This document shows, one piece after another, positions 15,429-25,241 of a DNA stretch of 48,510 nucleotides. Origin of the DNA: a virus. Its lineage: Duplodnaviria > Caudoviricetes. Position numbers and translations under genes: made by a program. The DNA lies in the IMG/VR virus record IMGVR_UViG_3300044475_000316, positions 1-48,510 of that record; one strand, given 5' to 3'. Position 1 is the first letter of the stretch. Each line of letters opens with the position of its first letter. The notes under the pieces are model-generated. The model had not been told where the DNA came from, ran no database searches, and worked only from the letters and a program-made list of their open reading frames with translations.

Positions 15429-18400
15429 CTACCGGCCTTTGGTGAAGTTGTAGATCATACCACCAGGCTTAAGGTGCTTTTGAACCACCTGCAGAGCGGC
15501 GTTCTGCATCTCATCGGCAAGCGCGCGCCCCATGGCATCGCCAGAACTGGACGTATGGGCTGTTGCTGAACCACCAGCATCGACATTCACGGTAGTATTA
15601 ATTACCGGGGCAACACCACCGCCACCTTGCGCTCTAACGCCTAACCGTCCAGATGAGTCACGCGTCAGCGGCATGATCGCTTCGGCTCCCGCTTCTGCGA
15701 ATACCCCACCTTTGGCAAATTTCGACGCCCCCTGGAAGGTGAAATACTGAGGTGAATCGTAGACGCCATTCACGTACTTGCTGAGGCCCGGCGATTCATA
15801 GACTCCGCCTTTAGCGTTGAACGTTACGCCTGCAGCAGCGTTTGCATACGCTCCGCCTGGTGTAGTGCCGCCACCAGAGCCACCACTAATCCAGCCCATT
15901 GCGGCCTGCACTGCGTAGGCAACCATAAGGCGGTTCGTCACGTCCAGGATCATCTTGAGCATCGACTTGCCAAACTCTTTAACCGATGCTTTACCGGTCG
16001 TCATTAGTTCGGTAAGCATGTCGCTCAGACCTGTTAGCGTTGAGCTGGCAACATTCTTCACGGCATCGTAGGTATTCGTGGCGGCGTCCAGATACTCATT
16101 CCAGCCGCTTACAGCACCAGCTTTCCAGTCGCCGCGCAGCTTATCCTCTTCAGCGTAATAGTTTTTAAGCGCAGCCAACTCCTTCTGATAGCCATCGCTT
16201 TTAAGGTCACCGCCGCTATTTAGCCACCCTTGGCGTAGTTGCGCCTCTTCCCTTAAGCGCTGGGCATGCCGGCTACTCAAACCCGCACTATCGCTTAATG
16301 CGGCAGTTTTTTCGGCCATTTGAGTGACATACTTCTGAGAACTATCCTGCAACCGATTCAGGCGTTCCTGAATAGCAATCTGATCGCCCAGACCAGCGTT
16401 AACTTCGGCCTGAGCCAGCGCACGGTCCTTGGTCGCCAGCAGAGCCTGCTCGTCTTTCGAAAGTGCCCGGGTTTTGGAAGCCTCCTCCAGAATGCTGAAT
16501 TTTGAGATCAAATCCCATTGTTGCTTGCGTTGCTGGCTTATCACATCGTTAAGATCACGATGGTCCTGAAGCGTTTTCAGCTGGGCTTGCAATGAGAGGG
16601 TTTCAGCATTGGTGCTGTCTAAACTGCGCGTTCCGGTGTCCACCTTAACTGCAGGCGTTTTCGGTACCTTGGCATCTGCATAGCGCTTTTCGATACCAGC
16701 CTTAATCATCTGGTATTCGGTATCAGTATATTTTGCCCGGTCAGCGGCAAGCTGTTTAAGCTCACGGGCACGCTTTATGGCATTGGATTCGTACTGTTCA
16801 AGGTTGTTATTTCGACGCTGCGACGCCTCAAGGTCGCGTTGATTATCCTCAGCAGCCTTGCCTTTAGCTGCGGAAATGTCACTCTCCAGTGCCAGGGTTT
16901 TCTCTAAGGCACTGATCTGCGATTTGGTCGAAGCAACCAGCGCCTCTTGGTCCTTACGACGCTGCGAGGCAGCCGCATCCTGGATGTTACTGCTTTGCCG
17001 ACCATAACCATAATCAGGACTTGCAGCAGCACTTCCCTGAAGAGTTTTTAGTGTTTCCTGCTGCGCCTTAAGCCGCTCTCTCAGGCCTTTGAGCGTATCT
17101 TCCGGGGTAACCTGCCGCCCGACGTTAAGCATCTGATCCCAGGCTGATGCCGCACTGTCTTTAATTGCCTTCCAGAGCCGTTCAATATCACCCAGATTCT
17201 CCTTAATCTGGCTCGAACGGCTCTTCATGGCGTTGGCGTAAGTGTCCATCGCCAATTTTGCCGCGCCTGTGGCATCCCCCTGCTTTTGCAGAGCAACAAT
17301 CTGATCGTAAATGGTCGCGTTCAGATAGTGATACTGCTCATTCAAGGCAATAGAGGCTTTTACAGGATCATCCGCAAGCCGTTTGAAATCAGCGATTGTT
17401 TTATCGATAGCCTGCCCGGTGGCGCTCTGCATAGCCACGGCTGAGGCCGCAACGGTCTCCAGAGCATTACCTTTGAATGCACCGGTACCCAGCGCGGCCG
17501 CAATGGCCTGCGCTGCCACAGAAATTTTTCCGGCGCTTCCGCCAATGCGCTCAGCCATATTGGCAAGGTCAGCGGAGGTTTTCCCTGTGTAGCTCCCGGT
17601 CAGCAGTAGCTGGCGATTGAATTCACTCGCTTCCTGGCTTCCCTGGTACCAGGCAACTGCCAGCGCGCCTGCGCCCACAGTTAAGCCGGCAAGGCTGAGG
17701 GTGAGAGGGTTAACAAAGCCGATCAGTGTTCGCAGATAATCGCCAACCCCTGTCAGCGCCCCTTTGACCCCGCCAAACTGGTCTTTAATCTGCCCGCCCT
17801 GCTGGAGCAGGATCAGGAACGGAGACTGCCCACCAGCCAGCTGCGTGGCGATATCGGTGAACTGTGCCGGTAGTGTGCGCATTGCTGCGCTGTACTGACC
17901 CACAGAGATACCGGCACGGCGTGCTGCGGCCTCCTGCCGGGATAGCGCTTCAGGCAACACGTCAGCCACGCCGGAGAGTCGTTCACGCGTCTGGTTGAGG
18001 ATGGTGTTGAAATGCTCGAACTGGGTGCCGTTAATGCGCCCCGCTTCGAAATGTGACACCAGCTGCGCATGCTGCTCGTCCAGCGAGTTGAATGCGCGGA
18101 TCGTCGGGTCGATTGACCCCAGCAGGTTCTTCAGCGCGGCTGATTGCTTCTCTGCCGCCTGAGTGGCCGCTAGTTCTGCCTGAGCACGCGCAGCTGCTTC
18201 GCCGGTATCCGTCAGCTTAAGCCGGGTATCGTCCAAGATTTTGTTGTAGTGCTGAAAATCATCGGTATCCAGAAAGCCTTTGGTCTGGAAGTTACGCAGC
18301 GCGGCCTGTTGTTCGTCCAGCCGGTTCAGCGCTTTGTTTACCGGATCGATATTCTCAAGCAGGCCTTTCAGCGCAGCCTGTTGCTCCTTGATGCCTTCGC

Positions 18401-18566
18401 TGCCCTGCTTTGCAGACTCAGCACCAGCGCGGAAAACGCTGTTAAGGTCATCAGCTTTGCCGACGGCACCAGCCGCGGCTTCACCGAGTTTATCCAGCTC
18501 ATTGCTGGCAGTTTTCAGGTCAGAAACATCGGCCCGCAAAGTAATCGAGGCGATCTGGTCTGTCAT
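15429..18566 (-). CDS. Tail tape measure protein
   Basis: 1045 aa, Ala-rich helical, LPAQFTDIATQLAGGQSPFLILLQQGGQIKD, C-terminal EAGAEAIMPL. Confidence 0.95.
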   Translation of the reverse strand: MTDQIASITLRADVSDLKTASNELDKLGEAAAGAVGKADDLNSVFRAGAESAKQGSEGIKEQQAALKGLLENIDPVNKALNRLDEQQAALRNFQTKGFLDTDDFQHYNKILDDTRLKLTDTGEAAARAQAELAATQAAEKQSAALKNLLGSIDPTIRAFNSLDEQHAQLVSHFEAGRINGTQFEHFNTILNQTRERLSGVADVLPEALSRQEAAARRAGISVGQYSAAMRTLPAQFTDIATQLAGGQSPFLILLQQGGQIKDQFGGVKGALTGVGDYLRTLIGFVNPLTLSLAGLTVGAGALAVAWYQGSQEASEFNRQLLLTGSYTGKTSADLANMAERIGGSAGKISVAAQAIAAALGTGAFKGNALETVAASAVAMQSATGQAIDKTIADFKRLADDPVKASIALNEQYHYLNATIYDQIVALQKQGDATGAAKLAMDTYANAMKSRSSQIKENLGDIERLWKAIKDSAASAWDQMLNVGRQVTPEDTLKGLRERLKAQQETLKTLQGSAAASPDYGYGRQSSNIQDAAASQRRKDQEALVASTKSQISALEKTLALESDISAAKGKAAEDNQRDLEASQRRNNNLEQYESNAIKRARELKQLAADRAKYTDTEYQMIKAGIEKRYADAKVPKTPAVKVDTGTRSLDSTNAETLSLQAQLKTLQDHRDLNDVISQQRKQQWDLISKFSILEEASKTRALSKDEQALLATKDRALAQAEVNAGLGDQIAIQERLNRLQDSSQKYVTQMAEKTAALSDSAGLSSRHAQRLREEAQLRQGWLNSGGDLKSDGYQKELAALKNYYAEEDKLRGDWKAGAVSGWNEYLDAATNTYDAVKNVASSTLTGLSDMLTELMTTGKASVKEFGKSMLKMILDVTNRLMVAYAVQAAMGWISGGSGGGTTPGGAYANAAAGVTFNAKGGVYESPGLSKYVNGVYDSPQYFTFQGASKFAKGGVFAEAGAEAIMPLTRDSSGRLGVRAQGGGGVAPVINTTVNVDAGGSATAHTSSSGDAMGRALADEMQNAALQVVQKHLKPGGMIYNFTKGR

Positions 18567-18853
18567 TATTTCGTCTCCTTGTGCATTACTTTGAGAGCCT
18601 CGCTTTCCATAATCTGAAGGTCAGCCATGCAGGCCGCCGCATCCTCAACCCCGTGTAACTCAAACACCCAGGGGAGAACGTTGTAATCAAGGCCGGTCGC
18701 CCCGCCCGCGCCAACACGCCATTGAGTCGCCAGTGCTGAGAAGATGGTGAATGATTTCCATACCGACGGCAGGATCCCCACCTCTTCCTCCACGTCCTCA
18801 GGCGTCAAACCAAAAGCGGCTAACTCCGCGAGAGTCGGTCCCGGCGTGTACAA
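18566..18853 (-). CDS. Tail assembly chaperone, T-like part (probably expressed as a G-T fusion)
   Basis: TQWRVGAGGATGLDY motif; lies in the -1 frame of the upstream chaperone. Confidence 0.8.
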   Translation of the reverse strand: MYTPGPTLAELAAFGLTPEDVEEEVGILPSVWKSFTIFSALATQWRVGAGGATGLDYNVLPWVFELHGVEDAAACMADLQIMESEALKVMHKETK

Positions 18854-18870
18854 CGCTGCGGCGACCTGCC

Positions 18871-19209
18871 TCAGTTTTTTTCTCGTACACCCATCAGCTC
18901 TTTGGTATAGGCCAGGCCGATGTTGTCGAACGCGCGCGGGTAGTTCTGCAGGAGGACCACCACGTTATCGCGGTTGAACTCGTCAGGCAGTGCCCAGCCA
19001 TCAACGATCTCCATCAGGTAATCGGCCTGTGGCTCGATAAGGGACTTTTTGCCTTCAGCGCCTTTGCGCAGCTTCTCATCCATGGCGTGCAGCTCTTCGA
19101 GCGTCTTATGGCGGAAGGTAAAGGTCAGCTTGCCGTCTTCAGCACCGGCGCGCGGAATGCTGGCAGTTGCGGGAAAGGTCGGGTTTGGGATCAGGGAGAA
19201 TTGGGTCAT
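18871..19209 (-). CDS. Tail assembly chaperone, G-like
   Basis: 112 aa between tail tube and tape measure, ending in a slippery sequence. Confidence 0.85.
   Translation of the reverse strand: MTQFSLIPNPTFPATASIPRAGAEDGKLTFTFRHKTLEELHAMDEKLRKGAEGKKSLIEPQADYLMEIVDGWALPDEFNRDNVVVLLQNYPRAFDNIGLAYTKELMGVREKN
18874..18880 (-). other. Programmed -1 frameshift site A AAA AAC
   Basis: GAA AAA AAC TGA. The -1 frame reads KLRQVAAALYTPG into the downstream ORF. Confidence 0.8.
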
Positions 19210-19227
19210 TTCGGTTCCTTAAAAATG

Positions 19228-19247
19228 AAAAACCCGCCGGAGCGGGT
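19228..19247 (-). terminator. Terminator after moron
   Basis: ACCCGC/GCGGGT stem plus T-run. Confidence 0.65.
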
Positions 19248-19300
19248 CTTAGATTGGATAATGGTATATGTGCTACATACTCAAAAAAGCCAATTTGTAT

Positions 19301-19870
19301 TTAGTGGCTTTCCGCCTCTGAAATTTGTTGGTAACTACTCGTTATTTTATCCATCAAAGATTTTTCGATTTCAAACGTGAAGCTTTCTCCAGTTGTAACA
19401 CTGACTACGCATCTAAAATCTTTGGGGCTGGCACTTTGCTCTTTTAAACCCAATGCTATTTTTTCAATCCATTCAGAGTTGCCATCAATGTCTATCCAAA
19501 AATTTGCCTGCTCTCCATAATCTAATTTTTGAGGCAGTTGCATTGATAATGGTGAGTGAAAAGGTTGATAAAATGTAACATCTTTTTTGAATGTCCAATT
19601 TATAGATGTAACTTTTACGGTATGAAGCGCAAGGTTTGTAATAACAATCGACACCCCTTTCTTTTGATAAGGTCCTTGCCAAGTTATACCGACATTAACT
19701 CGGCAATTGATATGTGCCTTAGGCTTTTTTAAGCCCAGATGCAAAGAAACACACACTGCCAAAAAAGTCGCTATCCCCGCAACCCAAGTCCCTATCATTG
19801 ACCAAAATGCCCAGCTAGCAGCATCCTGAGCAGCCTTGAGCGTTGCCAATGCCATCACTTTCTCATCCAT
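19301..19870 (-). CDS. Membrane-anchored hypothetical moron protein
   Basis: ATG 19870 with GAGG RBS, one N-terminal hydrophobic helix, AT-rich, flanked by hairpins. Confidence 0.75.
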   Translation of the reverse strand: MDEKVMALATLKAAQDAASWAFWSMIGTWVAGIATFLAVCVSLHLGLKKPKAHINCRVNVGITWQGPYQKKGVSIVITNLALHTVKVTSINWTFKKDVTFYQPFHSPLSMQLPQKLDYGEQANFWIDIDGNSEWIEKIALGLKEQSASPKDFRCVVSVTTGESFTFEIEKSLMDKITSSYQQISEAESH

Positions 19871-19993
19871 AAATACCTCTCTTTTTTTGGATGAGTATAT
19901 TCGAAAGCATTTTAACAGGCACTCCGCGAATACCCGCCGCAATACCTTTGTGCGTAGGTATTTAGGACAAGCCCGGCGAACCGGGCTTGTTGG

Positions 19994-20926
19994 TTAGCTG
20001 ACAGTAACGACACACGCGCCAGAGGTGATGGTCTTGCCCGCGGCGTCGGTGACTTCGCAGGTGTAAGAGCCAGCATCGCCGGATGCCATAGACGGGATGT
20101 TGAACGTCGAGGCCGTTTTGCCCGGGATAGCGGTACCGCCTTTCTTCCACACGTACGTGTAAGGCGCGGAACCGCCCTGCATGACCACCGCCAGATCCAG
20201 CGCAGAACCAGAAGCGACCGATTTGGTTGCAGGCAGGTCAGTCAGGAAGGCCAGCGGCATAGCGGAGGAGTCGGCGATCGGGTAAATCTGCATATCAGAT
20301 TCGAAGTTCATGCGCGCTTCGTTGCTTTCCACGGCGTTGATTTCGGTACGCGGCACGCGCTGGAACGAAACTTTGGCAGAGTAGTAACGATCTGCTTTCC
20401 CGCGAGGGTTGTGGAACCAGACCGCCGTGGTGTCGCTGGAGTCGTCCAGGTCGATGAGGCGCTTGTAAATCGCCAGTTGCGGATCGTGGGCGAACGTATA
20501 GACCTGAACCACGGCGTTTTTAAACGTCGGAATGGTACGGGCCTTATCATCTTCCAGGAACTGGACACTGATGGTCTGCTGGTCGCCGCCTTCGGTAGAG
20601 AGCGTCATGACCTGAGGCATGGTGATCCACGAGTCGATTTTGCGCAGTGTTCCTGCGCCGGTGCCCGCCGGGAATTTCTTGGTATCGGTGGTATCAAACG
20701 CTTCCAGCACAATTTTGGTGCCGGTCACCGATTTAACGCGCAGCACCATGTTATCGAGTTTGAGCCAGCCAGAGCTTACCTGGACGACATCGCCCGCAAG
20801 GATCCCGGCAGCGGAGGCAACGGTCAGTTCGCATTCCGTCGCGTTGGAGGCTGCTGTGAAGACAATCGGCGCAAGATAGGCCTTGGCCACGTTCACACGT
20901 GACCCGTTAGGGATTGCGAATGCCAT
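19994..20926 (-). CDS. Major tail (tube) protein with C-terminal Ig-like domain
   Basis: MAFAIPNGS start; YTYVWKK..DAGSYTCEVTD Ig motif. Confidence 0.9.
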   Translation of the reverse strand: MAFAIPNGSRVNVAKAYLAPIVFTAASNATECELTVASAAGILAGDVVQVSSGWLKLDNMVLRVKSVTGTKIVLEAFDTTDTKKFPAGTGAGTLRKIDSWITMPQVMTLSTEGGDQQTISVQFLEDDKARTIPTFKNAVVQVYTFAHDPQLAIYKRLIDLDDSSDTTAVWFHNPRGKADRYYSAKVSFQRVPRTEINAVESNEARMNFESDMQIYPIADSSAMPLAFLTDLPATKSVASGSALDLAVVMQGGSAPYTYVWKKGGTAIPGKTASTFNIPSMASGDAGSYTCEVTDAAGKTITSGACVVTVS

Positions 20927-20972
20927 TGCATTCTCCTGAATTGAGGAAATAAAAAACCCGCCGGATGGCGGG

Positions 20973-21422
20973 TCAGTAATCAGCGCGGTACTGCATGCTG
21001 ACGGGAGTTGTATAAGTGATGGAGCCGCTACTGCCGTTTGGCGCTGATGTAGGGCGATCCTGTATCGGTGGACGTACCTGCGGTGGCCCGTTGATGTAAA
21101 CCGTCAAATCCCCGTCCACCAGCGGCAGTCCTTCGGGGAAGGCATCTGCGACAGACGTTGTCAGCCCCCTGGCCTGCGTCACGCCGCTGCCTGCTGGCGC
21201 AATGATGTTGAGCTGGAGAATGCCCTGGTACGTACGCAACTGGCCTTCCAGATCCTGCCCCACGGTTTGCGCAGGCAGGATATAAACGCGCCCGTAAGGC
21301 GCATCGTTTGGCGGCTTGAATGGGAGATTCGGCCAAGCCACCGGCAGGCCAAGCGACGAGCAAATAACCGCAACACGGCTCTCCAGCAGACCAGCGATGC
21401 GTATTGACTGGTCACTGGCCAT
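20973..21422 (-). CDS. Tail terminator-like protein
   Basis: VAWPN..F and YQGILQLNI..PAGSG; immediately upstream of the tube gene. Confidence 0.75.
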   Translation of the reverse strand: MASDQSIRIAGLLESRVAVICSSLGLPVAWPNLPFKPPNDAPYGRVYILPAQTVGQDLEGQLRTYQGILQLNIIAPAGSGVTQARGLTTSVADAFPEGLPLVDGDLTVYINGPPQVRPPIQDRPTSAPNGSSGSITYTTPVSMQYRADY

Positions 21423-22017
21423 TGCGCACCTCGCTCATTGCCTCACGGAACATTTGCGCGGCATCCAGCGCAGTGATACCCACCATGCCGCCGGGCGCCT
21501 GACCAGAATGCCCGTTCTCAAGCGCTGCCGCATAAGGCAGATTATTGGTGAAGTAAATCGAGCTGACCTGGCCCACCCTGAACACCTCGAGCACCGCCAT
21601 GCCACGGGAGTTTGAACCTTGGCCGGAAGCGTCCGGTGTATCGTTGGACTGAGTAGGCTGGCTGTCGAAACCCACATACCAGTTGTTTTTGAAGCGCCCG
21701 CCGACATAGCCCTCAGGCTTTTTGATGTCCATCGAGTCATTTACGCGCAGACCACGCTTAAGCCGTCCCGATTTGGTCAGGTTGGCAGGGTCATCGCGAA
21801 GGGCCGCGTTATGCTCCCGCACCGCAGTGTTGTACGCCGTCGCGGTCTGGTTGACCTGCCAGATATCCGGCTGGCCCACCGGGGACATCTCAACCAGTTG
21901 AGCGAGGATTTTAATGCCCGTCCGGCGCACTACCTGATCCATCTCCTGCTTCGAACTATCCACAAATAACTGAATGGCAGCCACGAACGGCTGATTAACA
22001 GAGCTGGCCATAGTCAC
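21412..22017 (-). CDS. Tail completion protein (HK97 gp10-like)
   Basis: SPVG..GRFKNNW and NNLPYAAALENGHSGQAPGGMV. Confidence 0.8.
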   Translation of the reverse strand: MTMASSVNQPFVAAIQLFVDSSKQEMDQVVRRTGIKILAQLVEMSPVGQPDIWQVNQTATAYNTAVREHNAALRDDPANLTKSGRLKRGLRVNDSMDIKKPEGYVGGRFKNNWYVGFDSQPTQSNDTPDASGQGSNSRGMAVLEVFRVGQVSSIYFTNNLPYAAALENGHSGQAPGGMVGITALDAAQMFREAMSEVRNGQ

Positions 22018-22367
22018 GCCCTCAGCTGGATGTTGTAGGAGATGAGTACATCGGCAGGCTTAACCGGATTAGGCTGCACCACCCGCCATGCTTTACCGTC
22101 GATCTCGATGCGGTCATCAATACGCACTTCCGTTTCGGCTGTGGCCGCCAGCTTTTTATCGCCAGTAGTAATCAGAGAGCCATCTATTTCACGAGAGGAG
22201 TATTCAGTGACAACGCCAGTGACGGTCGCAGTGATAGCCGGTGTGGTTACCTCTTTGCCGAACGGATCGCGGGTAGTGCCGCCACCGCGGGTAAGCGGAT
22301 AAGCCTTCCCGTTCTCGGTCAGCAGTCGCGTTGCGGTGTTTCGCATGCGGCGGTAGTCGATTGGCAT
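22014..22367 (-). CDS. Head closure / neck protein
   Basis: MPIDYRRMR..., IDGSLITTGDKK; synteny in the neck cluster. Confidence 0.7.
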   Translation of the reverse strand: MPIDYRRMRNTATRLLTENGKAYPLTRGGGTTRDPFGKEVTTPAITATVTGVVTEYSSREIDGSLITTGDKKLAATAETEVRIDDRIEIDGKAWRVVQPNPVKPADVLISYNIQLRA

Positions 22368-22368
22368 A

Positions 22369-22851
22369 TCACCCCCTTTCGATGCGGATCTGATTGCCGC
22401 CCACCACCAGCCCACGCAACGAGGAGTAGAGCCAGGGGAATGACGGTGCCGCCTTATTCGTACCTGGTTCGTACTGGACCGTGACTGCGCCCTCTACGCG
22501 CTCCATCGTTACCGCACCACCACCAGCGACCGACGGCGTGAGATTAATCTCCTGCGATTCGAGAGCCAGGCGGCACTGCGCATCAACCAGGCGCTGTGGG
22601 ATGGTGTCATCTGGCAGGTCAATGCCGTCGAAGCGTACGCCCGCACGCGGCCAAGATAGCGGCTGTGATGCACTGGAGCGCTCGCCGCGCCATGTCTTGC
22701 CTCCCAGATAGTCCATTGCCTGCATCAGCATCTGGCTACATTCGCCATCATCCGCAGGAACGGCATATCCGCGCCCCGACGCGAACGTGCGCAGGTCAAT
22801 AACGCTGGCGTAGCTGTTGAAGTCAGGCGAATGGGGATCGGCAACCAGCAT
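22369..22851 (-). CDS. Head-tail adaptor (DnaT-like family)
   Basis: NSYASV, QPLSWPR, IPQRLVDAQCRLA. Confidence 0.75.
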   Translation of the reverse strand: MLVADPHSPDFNSYASVIDLRTFASGRGYAVPADDGECSQMLMQAMDYLGGKTWRGERSSASQPLSWPRAGVRFDGIDLPDDTIPQRLVDAQCRLALESQEINLTPSVAGGGAVTMERVEGAVTVQYEPGTNKAAPSFPWLYSSLRGLVVGGNQIRIERG

Positions 22852-22853
22852 GG

Positions 22854-23171
22854 TTATTCCTCCAGACGCCAGTCCAGCGCCATCCAGTTATCCACCTCGT
22901 CAGAGTGAACCTCAGCGCTCAGCGGGCCGCCGGGGAATTCAGGCTCATCGCGCACCATCACCACAAGCTCAACACCCTGCTGGTCCTGCTGCTGGTCCTG
23001 CTGCTGGTCCTGCTGCTGGTCCTGCTGCTGGTCCTGCTGCTGGTCCTGCTGCTGGTCCTGCTGCTGGTCCTGCTGCTGGTCCTGCTGGGCAGAAGTTTGT
23101 TCAGCGCCATTCTGCGCGGCAAGCTTTTCAGCCTCACGCTGTGCGCGCTGCTCTTTGGTCAATCCGGCCAT
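22854..23171 (-). CDS. Small head-associated protein with (QQQD) repeat
   Basis: MAGLTKEQRAQR..., GGAGG RBS, directly after the capsid gene. Confidence 0.75.
   Translation of the reverse strand: MAGLTKEQRAQREAEKLAAQNGAEQTSAQQDQQQDQQQDQQQDQQQDQQQDQQQDQQQDQQQDQQGVELVVMVRDEPEFPGGPLSAEVHSDEVDNWMALDWRLEE
22977..23084. repeat. Perfect 12-bp tandem repeat x9 (CTGCTGGTCCTG)
   Basis: Nine exact units, in frame. Confidence 0.95.
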
Positions 23172-23210
23172 TGGGCCTCCTGAATAACAAAGGGGCCGAA
23201 GCCCCCCGGG

Positions 23211-24347
23211 TTAACCCATGATGATGGTGGAGTGTTCAGGCTGAACAGATGCCACACCCCATGCCACGCCAACCTCGTAACGCACCTGACGGTACTGGCG
23301 ATACAGCGCGATCTGGAAGGTGATACCAGAAACCGGATCGGTTACGTTCATCACGTCGTCAGCGGTATCGCCGCCTTTAGGCATGGCCGGGGTACGGCAA
23401 GCCAGCAGGAATGCGTTACGGTCAAAGGCAACGTTTGGCGCGAACTCGCTCAGCACAGTGACAGTTGCCTGGTCTGCAAGATCCTGACGCAGGCCCGGCG
23501 CGCCGATGGTGATAGTTGAAGAGGTTGCCGCGACCACCATGTACTGGTTGTCATCGCCATCGAACTTCACTGCGGTGCCAGCAGCAATACCGCCAGTGCC
23601 AGCAGAGATAGCAACAATGATGTCGCCCTCTTTCTTCGCGCCGTTGACCTTGTAGCCCGCAGCAGTGCTTTTCGCGGTGCGCTTGATGTTGGAGGATTCG
23701 TGCAGGTTAAAGCCCATCACACGACCAATAATGCCTTCACGCAGCAGCTGATCGGTACCGGCTTCGTTCGCTTTGAACAGTACGGACTGTTTACCACGGA
23801 TGGACGCCATCGCTTCGCCGCCCAGGACCATGCGAAGGTCAGTGGTTGGTGCGCCGTTATCAGTCAGCACCTGGCGAGCGTTCGCCGCATCAGACAGGTC
23901 GTCTTTGATGCTGAACGGGGTGTCTTTCGGCGCGCCAACTGCACGGGAAGACTTGTAAGCCAGCGCTGCCAGGTCAGCGTCCATTTCATTGCTCAGTGCG
24001 CGGAACGCCTGAGAGAACTGGTCAGCCAGGACAATGTCATAGGTGCCTGACGGCCCGATGGCAAGCTGCTCTTCACCATTCCATTTGACCGGGGCCATTT
24101 TGGATTTGGTGATTTTGACGTCCACAGTACCAATGTTCTGATCACCGTCGTTTGGCGCGGTTGCCGCCGGAGTAATATCAACGGTGGTGGTTTTTGGTGC
24201 GACCGGTGCGGTCACGGTTTGGTCTTTCGCCGCGGCATCGGCTTTGGCGTTACGGGCCACCGCCGGGATAAAGCCCACCTGCTCGCGGGATACGCGATTC
24301 AGGGCGGTGAAGATGGTTGGGATGAGGCCAGTGAGGGTGTTGGACAT
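23211..24347 (-). CDS. Major capsid protein (P22 coat-like)
   Basis: 378 aa after the scaffold; MSNTLTGLIP..VSREQVGFIPAV; C-terminal DPVSGITF..YRQYRQV. Confidence 0.88.
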   Translation of the reverse strand: MSNTLTGLIPTIFTALNRVSREQVGFIPAVARNAKADAAAKDQTVTAPVAPKTTTVDITPAATAPNDGDQNIGTVDVKITKSKMAPVKWNGEEQLAIGPSGTYDIVLADQFSQAFRALSNEMDADLAALAYKSSRAVGAPKDTPFSIKDDLSDAANARQVLTDNGAPTTDLRMVLGGEAMASIRGKQSVLFKANEAGTDQLLREGIIGRVMGFNLHESSNIKRTAKSTAAGYKVNGAKKEGDIIVAISAGTGGIAAGTAVKFDGDDNQYMVVAATSSTITIGAPGLRQDLADQATVTVLSEFAPNVAFDRNAFLLACRTPAMPKGGDTADDVMNVTDPVSGITFQIALYRQYRQVRYEVGVAWGVASVQPEHSTIIMG

Positions 24348-24363
24348 TCAGGTTTCCTTTCGG

Positions 24364-25116
24364 TTAATCAACGATGCTCGTGCCGTCGCCAATTACCGTT
24401 TGTTGTTCAACTGGCGGTAAGGCGTCGAAAGCAGCGCGCTTCATGGTTTTCTGCCCGGCCTGATGCTGCGACTGGTGAGAGCCACCGCCGCTGTTGCCGG
24501 ACGCTTTGAGGATGTAGTCTTTCTGCGGATGCAACTCGACCAGGGATTCCAGTGCTTCATCGAAGCCAGCCAGTTCGCCGGGCTTGGTGCGGGAGAACAC
24601 CTTGTTGCCCTGCCCGTCGTAGGCCACGACCTTGCCGTCTTCGATTTTGAAGTTCTGGCCGAAGTGGGAACGCACGAACTCAGCCGGGATCGCCATCTTC
24701 TCGGAGATAAATTTCGAACCACCGAAGCGGCCACCGATCATCTCGTCGTAGAGCTGGGTTTCGAGCTGCTTGGTCTTGCCGTTCGCTTCGTCCAGCTGCT
24801 GCTGGTAAACCTTGGTGATCTCGGCCTTAACCTGGTCAACGGCGCCAGCATCGATCAGTTTCTTCTGGTCGATTTTGGTCATCATATCCAGGGCCTCAAG
24901 CGCCTTGGTCGGGTCGGAGATGCCAGCGAATTTCGCGAGACTGGCTTCCGCCACCTCCTTCGCCTCACGGTGGGTTTTGGCTTCACCGTTCAGAGAGGTG
25001 ATTTTGGTCATCGCTGCGGCTGCATCGAACGGGAACTCTTTGCCGTCATCATGGACGTACACAGGCATACCGTTTTCAACAACCACATTTCCGTTAGCAT
25101 CGAGTTTGAGTTTCAT
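24364..25116 (-). CDS. Capsid scaffolding protein
   Basis: MKLKLD..G.PVYVHDDGKE, coiled coil, SGGGS tail; GGAG RBS. Confidence 0.8.
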   Translation of the reverse strand: MKLKLDANGNVVVENGMPVYVHDDGKEFPFDAAAAMTKITSLNGEAKTHREAKEVAEASLAKFAGISDPTKALEALDMMTKIDQKKLIDAGAVDQVKAEITKVYQQQLDEANGKTKQLETQLYDEMIGGRFGGSKFISEKMAIPAEFVRSHFGQNFKIEDGKVVAYDGQGNKVFSRTKPGELAGFDEALESLVELHPQKDYILKASGNSGGGSHQSQHQAGQKTMKRAAFDALPPVEQQTVIGDGTSIVD

Positions 25117-25196
25117 TGTTTTACTCCAGCCTTCCGGCCATTGGTTGTGGGTCATCCGACCCGGTCACCGCGTCGCATCCGCTCGGCGGCAGGCAT

Positions 25197-25220
25197 AAAA
25201 AAAGCTGCCCGGAGGCAGCC
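25197..25220 (-). terminator. Terminator after minor head gene
   Basis: GCTGCC/GGCAGC stem plus T7. Confidence 0.7.
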
Positions 25221-25241
25221 TTGATGTTGATTAGGGTTGTG

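Noticed and set aside
22977-23084. CRISPR array
   Set aside because: Tandem 12-mers with no spacers, in frame within a CDS; no cas genes.
22817-23221. Plus-strand ORFs with (PAAG)n or (LLVL)n repeats
   Set aside because: Alternative readings of the 12-bp repeat; the minus-strand gene fits the operon and has an RBS.
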